A stretch of DNA of 41,425 bases, taken from assembly GCA_000934665.2 (NCBI GenBank), contig KZ538901.1, forward strand, positions 1-41,425. Reading direction: 5' to 3'. Positions 40,064 through 41,425 of the stretch are shown piece after piece. The position numbers and the translations under genes were made by a program. The stretch is from Catajapyx aquilonaris. Lineage: Eukaryota. Under the pieces are notes generated by a model. The model saw only the letters and a program-made list of their open reading frames with translations, did not search any database and had not been told where the DNA came from. Within the stretch, counting starts at the first letter, position 1. Every line of letters begins with the position of its first letter.

Positions 40064-40720
40064 TAAAACAAGATTGGCAAATCACGTGAGCGTGATTATA
40101 GTATACTTTTATCATTCTGTCAAGTATGAAACTTTATGGGTAGACTAATTTTTCCCCAAGAACACCCAAGAAGTAACAAATCGTATAGGTCACAGGTGTG
40201 AATCGACATATCGGCATATCGTAATGTAGACATCGTAGCGATTCCCGAATCAGTCCGATGGGTGATAACATCATGGCGGCCGAGGACTTGCATCGCAAAC
40301 CGGTCCAACTTCAGGAATTAATTGAACAGCCTCTGTTCCATAGCGCCAGGTAAAACCCAGGGTGAATCCCCGACACATTATTTTGGTCAGGAACCCAGGG
40401 AAACTAATTTCGAAATCCAACGATAAATCCGCCCGTAAAGTAGACTTGTGCTGATAGAGTGAACCCGGAAAACCGGAAGTGGCGGGTCACCGGAAGTTGA
40501 CCATGAAACCTCTTTAGGTCACGCTTAATCCGAATCTGAAAACCGTTTGTCGCTATCTCTGGCGGTTTAGGTCCTGATACCTGTTCTCAGACAGGCGTAC
40601 AGACGACATATACAGACGTGCAGACGGGCAGAGCCGTTCTATAAAACTTTTTTTAGATGATGAGAAAAAGTCTAAAAAGGGAAGTCGGAGGCGACTCTCT
40701 CAAAAGAAACCAATTTTTCT
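40064..40720 (-). mobile_element. possible Helentron-associated (DINE-1/HINE-like) non-autonomous element
   Basis: The minus strand ends with gtatac, the hairpin atcacgctcacgtgat and ...cttgtttt. A degenerate (tgtc)-like tract lies near 40590-40630. The 5' boundary is unclear. Confidence 0.4.
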
Positions 40721-41425
40721 TCACAATAGGTGCGTTGACATTGACACTATGGGATTTCACAGCACATTTTCTTCTTCCTGTAAAATATTCCGAGCGTTAG
40801 GGTTCTGTCTGAAAGTTTTCCGACTATTTTTCGCCAATTACATGTGTCACCTTATGAACCTTCCCTCTTATAGGAAAAGTCTACAACTTAATTACCCTGC
40901 AATTTTCAAAACACATTGGATGCAATTTAATTTGTCTCACACAATAAATTTTTACCAACACCCGAGCTTATTATTACACGAGCTGGCTGCAAGTGACTCC
41001 AAAATCAGCTGCAACAACAGTTCTTATTCAAAGTGATTATACGGGGGGGGGGGGGGGGTGNNNNNNNNNNNNNNNNCTGATTATTTCCCTTTGGATACAC
41101 TTGTTGTAGCTAGGGATTTTTTGGCCCTATAGTATAAACTGCTTACTGTCATCATGCGGTTTATTTCGCTTAGTTACGGTATTTTTAGATGCTATGAAAA
41201 ATACTGACTGTTAATATTAGGTTGATAGGCTTATTGGCCAATCTGGATGGAGCGGATATAGTGAGTGATTATAGTTTCAAAAGTCCACTTTTTGGTGAAC
41301 ACCACATCACCCACTTGTTCAGAGCGCAATCTAATATAATCTTTGTCCTTGTTCCTTGTGAAGCTTGTTGTGAAGATAAAAATGCGATAAATTAATTTTT
41401 TCGCATTGTTTGGTTTGGGGGGGGG

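Overview
Eukaryotic, intron-rich and repeat-dense genomic DNA from an invertebrate, most likely an arthropod because it carries an exuperantia-like gene. It contains small N gaps next to poly-G/C runs. I built two spliced minus-strand genes by hand. (1) An ABHD12-family alpha/beta-hydrolase (lysophosphatidylserine lipase type): 8 well-supported coding exons at 2565-12757 plus a probable first coding exon at 23189-23253, about 357 aa, with one obligatory GC-AG intron. (2) A highly divergent exuperantia-like DEDDh pseudonuclease: exons at 29156-31128 plus a probable first exon at 34256-34295, about 398 aa. The rest is mostly non-autonomous mobile DNA. There are about a dozen tRNA-derived SINEs with readable target-site duplications (TSDs); hAT-, piggyBac-, Tc1/mariner-, Harbinger- and Sola-like MITEs; a Helitron; and several nested insertions. 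Most notable: (a) many long near-complete palindromes (arms of about 70-880 bp) whose termini point to unrelated DNA-transposon superfamilies; (b) modular SINEs in which three different tRNA heads share a central motif and two swappable 3' tails whose stems covary; (c) two local DNA-level copies of 'SINE tail + TSD + flank'. I saw no intact transposase, reverse transcriptase, CRISPR array or rRNA. All calls come from reading the sequence; no database search was run.
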